A DNA stretch of 63,460 bases, filler included. It is 5 parts of 5 records of this genome, joined end to end, with 100 filler letters (N's around TTAATTAATTAA, not from the genome) between each part and the next. Parts side by side here need not be neighbours in the genome. Positions count along the whole stretch, not along the records: positions 10,337 to 19,833 come from SRR31156797_10568; positions 19,934 to 50,665 come from SRR31156797_10569; 3 more parts are not named here. One strand, given 5' to 3'. The translations under genes and the position numbers were made by a program. Below the pieces are notes generated by a model. It made no database searches, was not told where the DNA came from, and was given only the letters and a program-made list of their open reading frames with translations. This document shows, piece by piece, positions 10,337-20,829 of the stretch (positions are counted from its first letter, which is position 1; each line of letters begins with the position of its first letter).

Positions 10337-10769
10337 TATTCTTTCATTAAATGCAGCAGTTGAAGCGGCAACTGCAGGTGAAGCAGGAAAGGGATTCTCT
10401 GTTGTTGCTCAAGAGGTTAGAAATCTTGCAACAAGAAGTGCAGAAGCAGCAAATGAGATTAAACATTTAGTTGAGGGTGCAACACAAAAATCTGGACAAG
10501 GAAAAGTTATAGCATCTAAGATGATTGAAGGTTATACTCAATTAAATGAAAATATTGGAAATACAATTAATCTAATAAAAGAGGTTGACCATTCAGCAAA
10601 AGAGCAAAAAGATGGGATACAACAAATTAGTGATGCAGTTAATACTTTAGATAAACAAACGCAAATAAATGCAAATATTGCATCTGAAACAAATGATATT
10701 GCAAAAGAGACTATTAAACTTGCAAATAGCGTTGTTTCTTCAACTGAAAATAAACAGTTTAAAGAATAG
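10337..10769 (+). CDS. Methyl-accepting chemotaxis protein, C-terminal signalling domain (5' truncated)
   Basis: [31 protein letters not shown] hairpin-tip motif, in frame with ORF 10521-10769. Confidence 0.95.
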
Positions 10770-10793
10770 ATTAATAGAAGCTAAATAGGTTTC

Positions 10794-11369
10794 CTATTTA
10801 GCTTTTAGTATATCCCACTTATCTCTTGGTGGTGTATAGTTTTCAAAAGCTTTATATATTTCATCAATGTCATCACTTACAATAATTGCATCAATATGTT
10901 CTTTTAAAAGAAAACCTTCATTTTCACAAGAGTTTAAGAACTCTAAAAATTTATTATAATAACCATTTACATTGTATAAAGCACAAGGTTTTTTTGATTT
11001 AGAGATTTGAATAGTAGTAAAAATTTCTGTTATTTCTTCAATAGTACCAAATCCACCAGGCATAGCAATAAATGCATCAGCCAAATCTTCCATTTTTGCT
11101 TTTCTCTCTCTTATCGTTTCAACTTTATAAAGTTTAGTGATGTTGTCATTTTCTAATTCTTTTTCAGCAAGACCATAAGTTATAACTCCATAAACATCCA
11201 TTTCTAAACTCATAGCTTCATTTGAAACTACACCCATAAGTCCAACTTTACTTCCACCATAAACAATTGAAGAGTTTTTATTTTTTAAATAATGAACCAA
11301 TTCTATGGTTTTTTCTTTATAAATAGAATCATTTCCAAATGCAGTACCACAATAAATTGCTATATTCAT
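10794..11369 (-). CDS. LOG family nucleotide-monophosphate phosphoribohydrolase (TIGR00730-like)
   Basis: VYGG..GLMG, ERK and PGGFGTIEE motifs. Confidence 0.93.
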   Translation of the reverse strand: MNIAIYCGTAFGNDSIYKEKTIELVHYLKNKNSSIVYGGSKVGLMGVVSNEAMSLEMDVYGVITYGLAEKELENDNITKLYKVETIRERKAKMEDLADAFIAMPGGFGTIEEITEIFTTIQISKSKKPCALYNVNGYYNKFLEFLNSCENEGFLLKEHIDAIIVSDDIDEIYKAFENYTPPRDKWDILKAK

Positions 11370-11393
11370 ATACTTCTTACTTCCTTTTATTTT

Positions 11394-13868
11394 TTAATTA
11401 TTTTTAACTTTATAAGGTTTAAAAGTTATTAAAAGCTTTGGTAGTAAAAGTAGTGCAGAAGATAAGATTGTCGCCATTACTATTACTGTTAAAAGTCCAA
11501 AATATATAGTTGGAATTAGATTTGATAAAACTAAAATAGAAAAACCAACCATTACAACTAACGAAGTATAAATCATTGCGTAACCAATACTTTCATGTGA
11601 ACGCTTCATCGCATTTATATAGTTGTGGTCTACTTTAAACTCTTCATGGAATCTATGAATATAGTGAATTGTATCATCAACTCCAATTCCTATTGAAATA
11701 GCTGCAATTGTTATAGTCATAATATCTAAAGGAATATCTGCCCATCCCATGATTCCAAATATAATTGAAATAGGTACAATATTTGCTAAAATTGCAATTG
11801 CCGCAATAGAAAAAGACCTAAATAATATCAAGAACATAATAAATAAAATAGCAACAACAAAACCTAAAGTTTTTATTTGTGAATCAAAAAGAGATTGAAG
11901 CATATTGTTATATAAAATCATTAGATTTGACAATCTAAACTCAATAGTAGAGTCATTTATAACTTCAGGTAATTCTGCTTTAAGTTTGTTAATAAGCTCA
12001 TTTCTTCTTAAATCAGGTTTTGAATCAATGATTCTCATACTGATTCTTGCTTGATTGTGTTCAATATTTATATATGGAGTAAGAATTAATTCTTTGTATT
12101 TTTCTGGTAGTTTTTCATAAAGTAATGCTAGTGTTAAACCATCTAAGTCTTTGCCTTTATTTAAGATTTTCCCAGTTTTTAATAGAGTTGCCAATGATGA
12201 AACTTTACCAATAGCAGGAATAGTTTCTAGATAATCATGAACTCTTGTAATTGCATCCATTTTATCAATAGTAAACCAATATTTTTCATCATTTGCATTT
12301 TGAGAAAATTCATCTTCAAAATCAGAAAAAGCGTCATTACTATTTTCAGACTTTTTTTTCTCTTTTTGTTTAAAAGTTAAAATTACATCTAAAGGAGTAG
12401 TTCCTCCAAGTTGGTCATCAATAACTTTCATACCTTGATAGATTTCAGTTGATTTTTTAAAGTAGTTGATAAAACTATTTTCAACGATAAGCTTTGATGC
12501 TCCAGTTAAAGAGAAAATTACAACCAAAATAGAACCTACTAAAATAGTCTTCCCATAGTTTTCTACTATTCTTGTAGAGAAGCTTATTAGTCTTAGTTTC
12601 TTTTTATTTTTGTTTTTTGGATCTACTCTTTTCATCATGATTAATAAAGCACCAAAAACTATAAAAGAGATAAATAATGAGATAGCAATTCCTGCACTCA
12701 TCATCCATCCTAGATTTTTAACAGGTTGAATTCCTGAAAAAACTAAAGATGCAAACCCTGCAATTGTTGTTATGATTGCAAAGAAAGATGGGTTTAGTTT
12801 TGATAAAAGTGTATTTATCAAAAGTTTATACTGAGTAGCATGTTTATATTTTCTAGTTAACTCTCTATATCTTACTATTAAGTGAAGTACAATCGAGATT
12901 GTAATAATCAATTGTAATGATATGAAGTTTGAAGATATAATAGTAACTTCCCAACCAAATAAACCTAAAATACCTGCTGTTGATATCACTGAAAGTGTAC
13001 AAATAATAATCGGAAGTACAATCCAAATTATTTGTCTAAAAATAACCCATAAAATAAATACTAATAAGAAAATTAGAGTGTTTCCGTAGATTAGTAAATC
13101 ACTTTTTACAAAACCAATAACATCATCAGCAATCATACTAACACCACCAAGGAAAAGTTCCCCTCGGTTTTCATATTTTTTTATTATTTCTTTGATATCT
13201 TCAAGATTTTGATGATCTTTTTCTCTTGTTTCTTCTCTATATTCTTTAAACTCTTTTTGTATTAAGTCAAGTTTATTTAGCTCTTCTTCACTTGCAGTGT
13301 TTTCTCTTTTTTTCTTTAGAAGTATATTTCTTTTATTGAGGATTTCAAAATATTTTTTATCAGTTTTAAGATTGATAGCTATTGCAGTTGTTTGGAAATC
13401 TTTACTTACTAAGCTTTGTTTATAAAACTCAGATTCTAAAAACTCTTTTTTCACCAAAGTTTTATCAGGATTGCTTTTATCTAGAGTTCTAACTCCATCT
13501 AATAATTGTGTTAATTCCTGAACCGGAGATTGAAGTAGAGGTACATTTAATATTGATGTAATTGAGTCTACTTTTGGTAGTTTTTCTACTTCTTGTGAAA
13601 TCTCTTTTATAGTTTTTAAACTTGACTCTGAAAGTAAATTCTCTTTTGGTTTGTATGTGATTATTAATAATTCAGGAGAGTAGTATCTTTCATTTACTTC
13701 TCTATAAAACTTTAAATCTTTATCATCATCTAAAAGTAGTGTTTCTGATGAGGCATCAATCTCTAGCTTTGTAGCATAAAAACCTAGATATGCTACTGCT
13801 AAAAATAGAATAAATAAAATTCTAAGTGGATTTTTTAATAAATATTTATCAAAAAGCTTTTTTGTCAT
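11394..13868 (-). CDS. MMPL/RND family lipid transporter (HpnN-like)
   Basis: 824 aa with two repeats of TM + periplasmic domain + TM bundle; IGIGVDDTIH motif. Confidence 0.9.
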   Translation of the reverse strand: MTKKLFDKYLLKNPLRILFILFLAVAYLGFYATKLEIDASSETLLLDDDKDLKFYREVNERYYSPELLIITYKPKENLLSESSLKTIKEISQEVEKLPKVDSITSILNVPLLQSPVQELTQLLDGVRTLDKSNPDKTLVKKEFLESEFYKQSLVSKDFQTTAIAINLKTDKKYFEILNKRNILLKKKRENTASEEELNKLDLIQKEFKEYREETREKDHQNLEDIKEIIKKYENRGELFLGGVSMIADDVIGFVKSDLLIYGNTLIFLLVFILWVIFRQIIWIVLPIIICTLSVISTAGILGLFGWEVTIISSNFISLQLIITISIVLHLIVRYRELTRKYKHATQYKLLINTLLSKLNPSFFAIITTIAGFASLVFSGIQPVKNLGWMMSAGIAISLFISFIVFGALLIMMKRVDPKNKNKKKLRLISFSTRIVENYGKTILVGSILVVIFSLTGASKLIVENSFINYFKKSTEIYQGMKVIDDQLGGTTPLDVILTFKQKEKKKSENSNDAFSDFEDEFSQNANDEKYWFTIDKMDAITRVHDYLETIPAIGKVSSLATLLKTGKILNKGKDLDGLTLALLYEKLPEKYKELILTPYINIEHNQARISMRIIDSKPDLRRNELINKLKAELPEVINDSTIEFRLSNLMILYNNMLQSLFDSQIKTLGFVVAILFIMFLILFRSFSIAAIAILANIVPISIIFGIMGWADIPLDIMTITIAAISIGIGVDDTIHYIHRFHEEFKVDHNYINAMKRSHESIGYAMIYTSLVVMVGFSILVLSNLIPTIYFGLLTVIVMATILSSALLLLPKLLITFKPYKVKNN

Positions 13869-14452
13869 TTAGTTTCGTTACTCTTTTTTTCAGATAAGTA
13901 TTTCATTAAGTCTTCAAAAGTTTTATCTTTTAAGAATCCCGAGTATTGTTGTCTAAATGTTTGAATAACACTTACACCCAATAAGTTAACATCATAAATC
14001 ATCCAAGAATCATTACTCTTTTGGTAAAATTTATAGTTTATATCATACTTTTCTTTTTTCCCTATTAGCTGAGTATTTAAAATAACTCTATTTGATTTTG
14101 GTTCTTCTGTACCTAAGATTTTAACTTTTTCATCACTGTAAAGAGTAAGCTTTTCTACATAAGAAAGTTTAATGTTCTCAGTAAATAGTTTTATAAATTC
14201 TTCCTTTTGAGTATCATTTATAACTTTCCAAGTATTGCCCAATGATAATCTTGCCATCAGTTCATAATCAAATAAGTGGTCAAAAATAGGAACTATTTTA
14301 TCAACTTTTTGGTCGTGGTTTAAATTATCATCTTTTAAAATTGTTAATACATTATCTATTTTAGTTGACATTTGTGTTTGAATCTCATCTTTTTGCATTG
14401 CGAATGCAAAAGAAGATAAAATTAAACATGATATTAATATCTTCTTTATCAA
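13865..14452 (-). CDS. MlaC/Ttg2D-family periplasmic lipid shuttle
   Basis: Signal peptide; FDYELMARLSLG..W and WMIYDVNLLGVS..RQQY motifs. Confidence 0.9.
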   Translation of the reverse strand: MIKKILISCLILSSFAFAMQKDEIQTQMSTKIDNVLTILKDDNLNHDQKVDKIVPIFDHLFDYELMARLSLGNTWKVINDTQKEEFIKLFTENIKLSYVEKLTLYSDEKVKILGTEEPKSNRVILNTQLIGKKEKYDINYKFYQKSNDSWMIYDVNLLGVSVIQTFRQQYSGFLKDKTFEDLMKYLSEKKSNETK

Positions 14453-14454
14453 TT

Positions 14455-15312
14455 TTATTCCTTAATCATCTTTTCTCTATTTTGATTGTAAACATTTTTC
14501 AAGAATGGATACAAGTCAACTGCATCTTTTTTAAGATTTTCATATTCATCTGGATTTAAAGATGTTGAATTTATAGTATCAAATACGCTGATTCCAACAG
14601 TTTCAATTGATTTATTTGGAATTTTATAATCTATATCTTCTGCTCTTGTATCATTTAATGGATTTACAAATGTATCTGCTGCCATTCCCACTATATCTCT
14701 AACATTTGATGGCCCAAGTAGTGGAAGAACAATATGGAATCCGTCAGCAAAACCATAGTAACCTAAAGTTTGCCCGAAGTCTTCATCTCTTGCTTGTAAG
14801 TTTAAGTATTCATCAGCAGGGTCCATAAATCCTAAAATACCAACTGTTGAGTTAACTAAAAATCTTCCAGTTTCTTCTGCTGCATTTTTAAATTTAAATT
14901 GCAAAATATTATTTATAAATCTAACTGGAAATGTAATATTGTCAAAAAAGTTTGATATTGCTATTCTTCCTGGTTCTGGTACTACAACAGCATAGCCTTT
15001 AGCAACAGGAGTTAGTAGATTTACATACATATAATCGTTGAAAGATGTCATTGCTCTATTGTATCCTTCAAATGGGTCTATCTCTTTTTTTGTGTCTTTA
15101 AATTCATCATCAAAAGTGATTGTATCAGATTCTTTTTTTATCTCTTTAAATAATCTTTCTTTCCCAAATACTTCGTATGTAACTCTTTTTTCTTTTGGAA
15201 GTTGTTCAAATTCTAAATTAGAATTAACTTTGTACTGAGTGGTCATGGAGCAACCACTAAAAATCATTGCGGATAAACCACAAAGAAGCGTAAAAATTAC
15301 TCTATTTTTCAT
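14455..15312 (-). CDS. MlaA/VacJ family outer-membrane lipoprotein
   Basis: Lipobox FSGC; DPFEGYNRAM..FND, RFLVNSTVG..G, EDFGQTLG and LPLLGPS..RD motifs. Confidence 0.93.
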   Translation of the reverse strand: MKNRVIFTLLCGLSAMIFSGCSMTTQYKVNSNLEFEQLPKEKRVTYEVFGKERLFKEIKKESDTITFDDEFKDTKKEIDPFEGYNRAMTSFNDYMYVNLLTPVAKGYAVVVPEPGRIAISNFFDNITFPVRFINNILQFKFKNAAEETGRFLVNSTVGILGFMDPADEYLNLQARDEDFGQTLGYYGFADGFHIVLPLLGPSNVRDIVGMAADTFVNPLNDTRAEDIDYKIPNKSIETVGISVFDTINSTSLNPDEYENLKKDAVDLYPFLKNVYNQNREKMIKE

Positions 15313-15376
15313 GTTATATTTGCCTTGTTTTTGTTGTGTGTAATATAGATAATATCTAAATAATGATTAAAATTTC

Positions 15377-16228
15377 TTAATAAATGTTATTTATATTAAG
15401 TAACTTTATTGCTTGCAAGGGGTCAACTTGTATACCGTGAATACGAAAGCCAAAGTGTAAATGGGGTCCAGTGACTCGTCCTGTATCTCCACTTAATCCA
15501 ATTATTTCTGCTCTTTTTACTTTTTGTCCAACTTTAAAATTTCTTTTACTCATATGAAAATAACAAGAAAAAATACCTTGTCCATGGTCTATTACTATAG
15601 AACCACCAGCATAAAATCTTTCTTGGGATAAAACAACCACACCATCGTTGATTGCTTTGATTGGTGTTCCTACTTTTGCTTTATAATCTGTACCTCCATG
15701 ATAAGATTTTAAAATTCCATTGTAAACTCTTTTTTTACCAAAATCACTTGTTATTTTTGATTTGAGTGGATAGATATATTTATCTTTTGTATAAAGAGTA
15801 GGGGAAACACTGTTGTAAATTTTCATAGCTTCTTTATACTCTTTATTAACTCTTTTTTGATTTTCAGATGAAAGTGAAACTTTACTTTTTGAAACATTTA
15901 TCTTCTCACTTTTATATTTTCCATCCACAATATTTACATCAATACCTTCAAATTTTTTATTATTGTTCTCAATATACGAGATAATAACTCTATATTTTTT
16001 TAATTGTTTATAATAAGAAACAGGAACTAAGGCATAATAAGAATCTTTTTTATTTGGGTATTTAAAAAAGTCAATATTGTGTTTATCGAAAGTTAATTTT
16101 GGTTCTTTTATATTTTCTTTTTTTAATTTAAGTAAAAAGGTGTTTGCATTTTTAACTTTTGGGCTACTTATATCTAAAGCTAGCAAGGGGATAAAAAAAC
16201 TGATAACTAATAGTAATATTTTCTTCAT
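15377..16228 (-). CDS. M23 family metallopeptidase
   Basis: HGGTD and TGPHLHF motifs; signal peptide. Confidence 0.9.
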   Translation of the reverse strand: MKKILLLVISFFIPLLALDISSPKVKNANTFLLKLKKENIKEPKLTFDKHNIDFFKYPNKKDSYYALVPVSYYKQLKKYRVIISYIENNNKKFEGIDVNIVDGKYKSEKINVSKSKVSLSSENQKRVNKEYKEAMKIYNSVSPTLYTKDKYIYPLKSKITSDFGKKRVYNGILKSYHGGTDYKAKVGTPIKAINDGVVVLSQERFYAGGSIVIDHGQGIFSCYFHMSKRNFKVGQKVKRAEIIGLSGDTGRVTGPHLHFGFRIHGIQVDPLQAIKLLNINNIY

Positions 16229-16275
16229 AATTGAAGTTTATCAAAAACATACTTTTTGTATCTTAATATCAAACT

Positions 16276-16284
16276 TGGTATAAT
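16276..16284 (+). promoter_or_regulatory. Extended -10 promoter (TGnTATAAT) for yebC
   Basis: TGGTATAAT about 30 nt upstream of the ATG, with a GGAG SD; typical Campylobacterota RpoD promoter. Confidence 0.6.
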
Positions 16285-16313
16285 CCCCAAAAAAATTATT
16301 GATGGAGTAACTT

Positions 16314-17024
16314 ATGGGTAGAGCCTTTGAATATAGAAAAGCAGCCAAAATGAAAAGATGGGGAAATATGTCTAGAGTTTTCCCAAAACTAGCAAAAGCG
16401 ATTGAAATTGCCGCAAAAGCTGGTGGTGGCGACCCAGAAATGAATTCAGCATTAAGAACTGCAATATTAAATGCAAAAGCTGAAAATATGCCTAAAACAA
16501 ATATTGAATCAGCTATTAAAAGAGCAACTGGTAAAGATGCAGCAAACTATTCAGATGTAAACTTTGAAGGTAAAGGACCTCACGGTGTTTTAGTTTTCGT
16601 TGAAACTGCAACTGATAACAACACAAGAACTGTTGCTAATGTAAAAATGCATTTTAATAAAAATGGTGGACAAGTTGTACCAACTGGTTCATTAGAGTTT
16701 TTCTTTGATAGAAAAGCAATTTTCGAGTTCAATAAAACTGAAGACATGGATATAGAAGAATTAGAACTAGAACTAATTGATGCTGGTTTAGAAGAGATTG
16801 AAGAAGAAGATGGTATTGTACTAGTTACAGCAGAATATACAGACTTTGGTACTTTAAATAAAGCTTTTGAAGATTTAGGAATAGAATTAACTAAAGCAGA
16901 ATTAAAAAGAATCCCTAATAATCCACAAGAGTTTACTGAAGAACAACAAGAAGAGATTGGTAAATTACTAGAAAAGCTTGAAGATGACGATGATGTTCAA
17001 GCTGTGTATACAAATATAGCATAA
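16314..17024 (+). CDS. yebC: YebC/PmpR family protein
   Basis: [35 protein letters not shown] and [13 protein letters not shown]. Confidence 0.95.
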   Translation: MGRAFEYRKAAKMKRWGNMSRVFPKLAKAIEIAAKAGGGDPEMNSALRTAILNAKAENMPKTNIESAIKRATGKDAANYSDVNFEGKGPHGVLVFVETATDNNTRTVANVKMHFNKNGGQVVPTGSLEFFFDRKAIFEFNKTEDMDIEELELELIDAGLEEIEEEDGIVLVTAEYTDFGTLNKAFEDLGIELTKAELKRIPNNPQEFTEEQQEEIGKLLEKLEDDDDVQAVYTNIA

Positions 17025-17057
17025 AACTAAAAAAGGGTTTTTACCTTTTTTTAGTTT
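17024..17057. terminator. Probable bidirectional terminator between convergent yebC and the M48 gene
   Basis: Imperfect inverted repeat AAACTAAAAAAGG ... CCTTTTTTTAGTTT. Confidence 0.5.
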
Positions 17058-17863
17058 ATTTTTTGACCTAAACTTGGTTTATTTTCTATTTTAGATGAGA
17101 TTGGTAAATTTTCATTTGATTGCTCAATTTTTGTAATTATTTTTTTAATTTTCCCAATTCTTGTGCTTGAGTTTGGGTGCGTTGAGAAAAACTCATTTGT
17201 TTCTTTTTTACCTTCACTCATATTTTCCCAAAACTTTAATGCTTCATTTATATCATAACCTGCTTTGTACATAAGATGAATTCCTATTTCATCAGCTTCA
17301 TTCTCTTGTAATCTTCCGTAAGGAAGGAGAACTCCATATTGAGAACCTAATCCATAAGCTATATTAAATCCGCTTTGTACTCCAGATGAACTACCACTTA
17401 AGGCAATATTTCCTATAAGTTGTACACCTTGACTTACTATACTTGTACTCATTCTTTCTGCACCATGTCTTGCTAAAGCATGCGCTATTTCATGGGATAT
17501 AACTGTTGCTAATTGGGCATCATTTTTTGCAACTTTTAGTATTCCTGTATAAACTGCAACTTTTCCACCTGGCAGACAAAATGCGTTTTTACTTTTGTTT
17601 TCTATTAAGTTAAATTCCCAATCATAATCAGGGATATTTGCAACTTGTGCAATTCTTTTTCCTATATCTTTTATTCTTTTTGCATCTTTAGTGTTTTTTA
17701 TAATTTTTGAATTTTTTAATACATCTTGATATGATTCTTCACCTAATGCTAATTCATTTGATTTCGAAATAATAATAAATTGGTCTCTATTTGTTATTGG
17801 AGCTTTACTTGTACATCCTATGAATATAAGTATAAAAATAAGCATATAGAGTTTATTAATCAT
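17051..17863 (-). CDS. M48 family metallopeptidase lipoprotein
   Basis: Lipobox FIGC; NAFCLPGG, HEIAH (HExxH), ENEADEIG and STHP. Confidence 0.92.
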   Translation of the reverse strand: MINKLYMLIFILIFIGCTSKAPITNRDQFIIISKSNELALGEESYQDVLKNSKIIKNTKDAKRIKDIGKRIAQVANIPDYDWEFNLIENKSKNAFCLPGGKVAVYTGILKVAKNDAQLATVISHEIAHALARHGAERMSTSIVSQGVQLIGNIALSGSSSGVQSGFNIAYGLGSQYGVLLPYGRLQENEADEIGIHLMYKAGYDINEALKFWENMSEGKKETNEFFSTHPNSSTRIGKIKKIITKIEQSNENLPISSKIENKPSLGQKIN

Positions 17864-17969
17864 TTTTTCTCCTAAAAATCAACTTTGTTCAATTTTATCA
17901 TATTTAAAATAATAGAAATGTGGATTTAAGATTATGAAATGTATAATCCAATCTTTTTTAAGGATTATT

Positions 17970-18866
17970 ATGGGACAGACTCATACCAAAGGTAATATTT
18001 TAGGTTTAATAACTATTTTATTATGGTCTTCTTTAGCTTTATTTACAGTTTTATCTGGTTCTATTCCACCTTTTCAATTATTAAGTATATCTTTTTTTAT
18101 AGCATCTTTTATTGGTTTATTTATGTTAAAAAAACAAAATAAAAGTATCAAAGCACTTTTTAAAGTTTCTATTAAAGCATATATTATTGGTGTAATTGGT
18201 TTATTTGGATATCACTTTTTTTATTTTGTTGCTGTAAAAAATGCACCTGCCATTGAAGCAAATTTATTAAATTATTTATGGCCTTTATTAATTGTAGTTT
18301 TTTCTGCATTATTGCCAAATGAAAGATTAAGATGGTTTCATATAGTTGGTACTTCACTAGCATTAATAGGTGCTTATTTATTGGTATCAAAGGGTGGTTC
18401 TTTTGCATTTGAAGAAAAATATATTTATGGATATTCTTGTGCTTTGTTGGCAGCTCTAATTTGGTCCTCATATTCAGTTATTTCTAAAACATTAACTGAT
18501 GTTCCAACTTATGCAGTTACTGGCTTTTGTTTATTGACTGCTTTATTATCTTTTTTCGCACATTTAAGTTTAGAGGAAACGGTTGTTCCTACTTTTACCC
18601 AATTGTTTGCATCTGTAATGTTAGGATTAGGTCCAGTAGGTGGAGCATTTTATCTTTGGGACTTTGCAGTTAAAAATGGTGATATTAAAATTTTAGGTTC
18701 TTTATCTTATTTAGCTCCACTTTTATCAACTTTGATATTAGTTTTTATAGGTATTTCAGACTTAACAAATGAAATTGTTATAGCTTGCGTATTAATTATT
18801 TTGGGTTCAATTGTGAGTTCAAAAGAGTATATTAAAGTGATTAAGAGTTTGTTTATTAAACCTTAA
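17970..18866 (+). CDS. DMT/EamA family exporter (YddG-like)
   Basis: About 10 TM helices, EANLLNYLWP motif; likely start is ATG 17970 behind an AAGGA SD (the track starts at 17934). Confidence 0.88.
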   Translation: MGQTHTKGNILGLITILLWSSLALFTVLSGSIPPFQLLSISFFIASFIGLFMLKKQNKSIKALFKVSIKAYIIGVIGLFGYHFFYFVAVKNAPAIEANLLNYLWPLLIVVFSALLPNERLRWFHIVGTSLALIGAYLLVSKGGSFAFEEKYIYGYSCALLAALIWSSYSVISKTLTDVPTYAVTGFCLLTALLSFFAHLSLEETVVPTFTQLFASVMLGLGPVGGAFYLWDFAVKNGDIKILGSLSYLAPLLSTLILVFIGISDLTNEIVIACVLIILGSIVSSKEYIKVIKSLFIKP

Positions 18867-19296
18867 TCACATAAACACCCTTAAACTCAACACAAGTAGA
18901 TTCATCTTGAACTATTTTGGAGTTGATTTTTATGGAAGCACTTTTTTTCTCAGTAAGTTTCTTTTTTAAAAGCTCTACTTGCTCTGTACTAGGAACATCT
19001 GTTTTACATATCAAATTTTTTGTAACAGGTGCTCTGTATGAAGTATCACTTTTTATAACTGCAATCATTGCCTTTTCGTAACCTAGTTCTTTTATTGTTA
19101 AATAACATATCGACCAAGCTGATATTGTTACTAAGGTACTCAAGCTGCCTGCAAAAGCAGTTCCTTTGTCATTAATATTTGGATTTAATGGAGCATAAGT
19201 ATATAAATAGTCTTTATCTATTGCTTTTACTTCCATTTGCATAAATTGTGTTAAAGGTATCTCTTCGTGTAGTTTTTTTTCAAGTTTTTGTAACAT
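18856..19296 (-). CDS. YiiD C-terminal-like hotdog thioesterase domain protein
   Basis: LHEEIPLTQFM, APLNPNINDKGTAFAGS and YRAPVT; likely start MLQKLE at 19296, since the track's upstream extension is AT-rich intergenic sequence. Confidence 0.85.
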   Translation of the reverse strand: MLQKLEKKLHEEIPLTQFMQMEVKAIDKDYLYTYAPLNPNINDKGTAFAGSLSTLVTISAWSICYLTIKELGYEKAMIAVIKSDTSYRAPVTKNLICKTDVPSTEQVELLKKKLTEKKSASIKINSKIVQDESTCVEFKGVYVIKV

Positions 19297-19631
19297 AATA
19301 TTCTCTTTAATTTTTTTTATCTTACAATTAATTTCATATAATAAAAATAAAAATATAATTCTAAAGTCAATCTGTGTACATTTTTTAAAATGATGTACAA
19401 TTATTGTACATTGAAACTTGAGTTTTATTAAAATAATATGATTAGTTTGAAATAAAGCAGAAGAATAAAGGGATATAAAGTTTTCTAAGCTTCCATAAAT
19501 AGGCATTTTTATTACTTTTAGTAACTTTTGTTCTATTTATAAAAAAATGTCAAGTTTTTTACAAAAATTGTACATTACATCAAATAAACATTATGGTATA
19601 CTAAAATACAAATTATATAGGAGATGTATAT

Positions 19632-19833
19632 ATGAGTTTATTAGCTACTTATAAAGCACATACAGAAGAAAGATTAAATGAAGGTGGATTACCGCCATTA
19701 GCTTTAACAGCTGAGCAAACTGCTGAGCTTGTTGAGCTTTTAAAAGCAAATCCAGTAGAAGAAGCTGAATACTGTTTAGAACTATTTAAAAATAGAATCA
19801 ATCCAGGTGTTGATGATGCTGCATATGTAAAAG
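19632..19833 (+). CDS. acnB: Aconitate hydratase B, N-terminus (truncated by the contig end)
   Basis: YKAH..ER..G..P..LTAEQTAELVELLK and RINPGVDDAAYVK; AGGAG SD and TGGTATACT -10 at 19594-19602. Confidence 0.92.
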
Positions 19834-19933
19834 NNNNNNNNNNNNNNNNNNNNNNNNNNNNNNNNNNNNNNNNNNNNTTAATTAATTAANNNNNNNNNNN
19901 NNNNNNNNNNNNNNNNNNNNNNNNNNNNNNNNN
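19834..19933. other. Artificial contig spacer
   Basis: 44 N + TTAATTAATTAA + 44 N; GC content visibly jumps after it. Confidence 0.98.
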
Positions 19934-19963
19934 TCGGTATCGGTATCGGTATCGGTATCGGTA
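19934..19963. repeat. Hexamer tandem repeat (TCGGTA)x5 encoding Thr-Asp repeats, cut by the contig end
   Basis: tcggta repeated five times immediately after the gap. Confidence 0.95.
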
Positions 19964-20409
19964 CGACTTGATCGAGCAAGGTTAATAAGCGTCAAACTTT
20001 GTGTTTGAGATAGGCCAATAGACTCAAAACCTGTGGTAGAAAAGCTGGTATTGGCAATGATTTCTGTTCCATCACGATCAATGCTTGGACTAGCCATTGG
20101 TGAAGAACCTTGACTCCCACCTGCTGCCGGAGCCAATTCTTCATCGAGTTGAGTTGGATCTTGCCCTTCTTCTAATGCGGCTAATAGCTGTGCGACATCG
20201 TCGGTAACATCTTGTAATTCATCATTTTTACCAACAAGTTGAGTCGTGACGTCATCGAAGTTACTAGGATCATTACCTCGTTGAATGACAACACTTCCTT
20301 CGGGTAATTTCTCCCCAATTGTTGCTATCTGTATATTGCCGTTTTTATCAATCACAATCATTTTATTTAATTCTAAATTGGTGACTGAAAGAAAAGAAAT
20401 ATTGTCCAT
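19934..20409 (-). CDS. Retention-module-containing giant adhesin (LapA/BpfA-like), N-terminus only
   Basis: VIDKNGNI..., LLAALEEGQDPT..LAPAAGGS and FSTTGFESIGLSQTQSLTL; divergent from a T1SS TolC gene. Confidence 0.88.
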
Positions 20410-20829
20410 TTGAGCCTCAAAATACCACGTAACTTAACTATCGAGTGTTGAGCATTCGATAACCGCGACTTAACAACCGCCACTAAGAAAATTCCTACAA
20501 AGATATCACTGATGTTATTAGGGACAAAGCGTATTTTTGAACCCAAATAACAAAAAATTGACAGTTATCGTTTTTATGACCATTTATTTAGTGAACCGAT
20601 ATCACACAAATTGTGTCGACGCTCGCAAATTTCTATTGACAAGTATGCATTTAGTATCACTAAACATCTGGTATTCGTATAATTCAAACTTGATCAAGTT
20701 GGCAAAATGCATGCAAAAATGAAATGTTACTCACAAATTCGTTTACATTTTAATCACATACGGCGTAAAATCTCATTATTGAGACGGCTTTTATCTTAAA
20801 CTTGCCGCGATTTATCTATATGAGTATCA

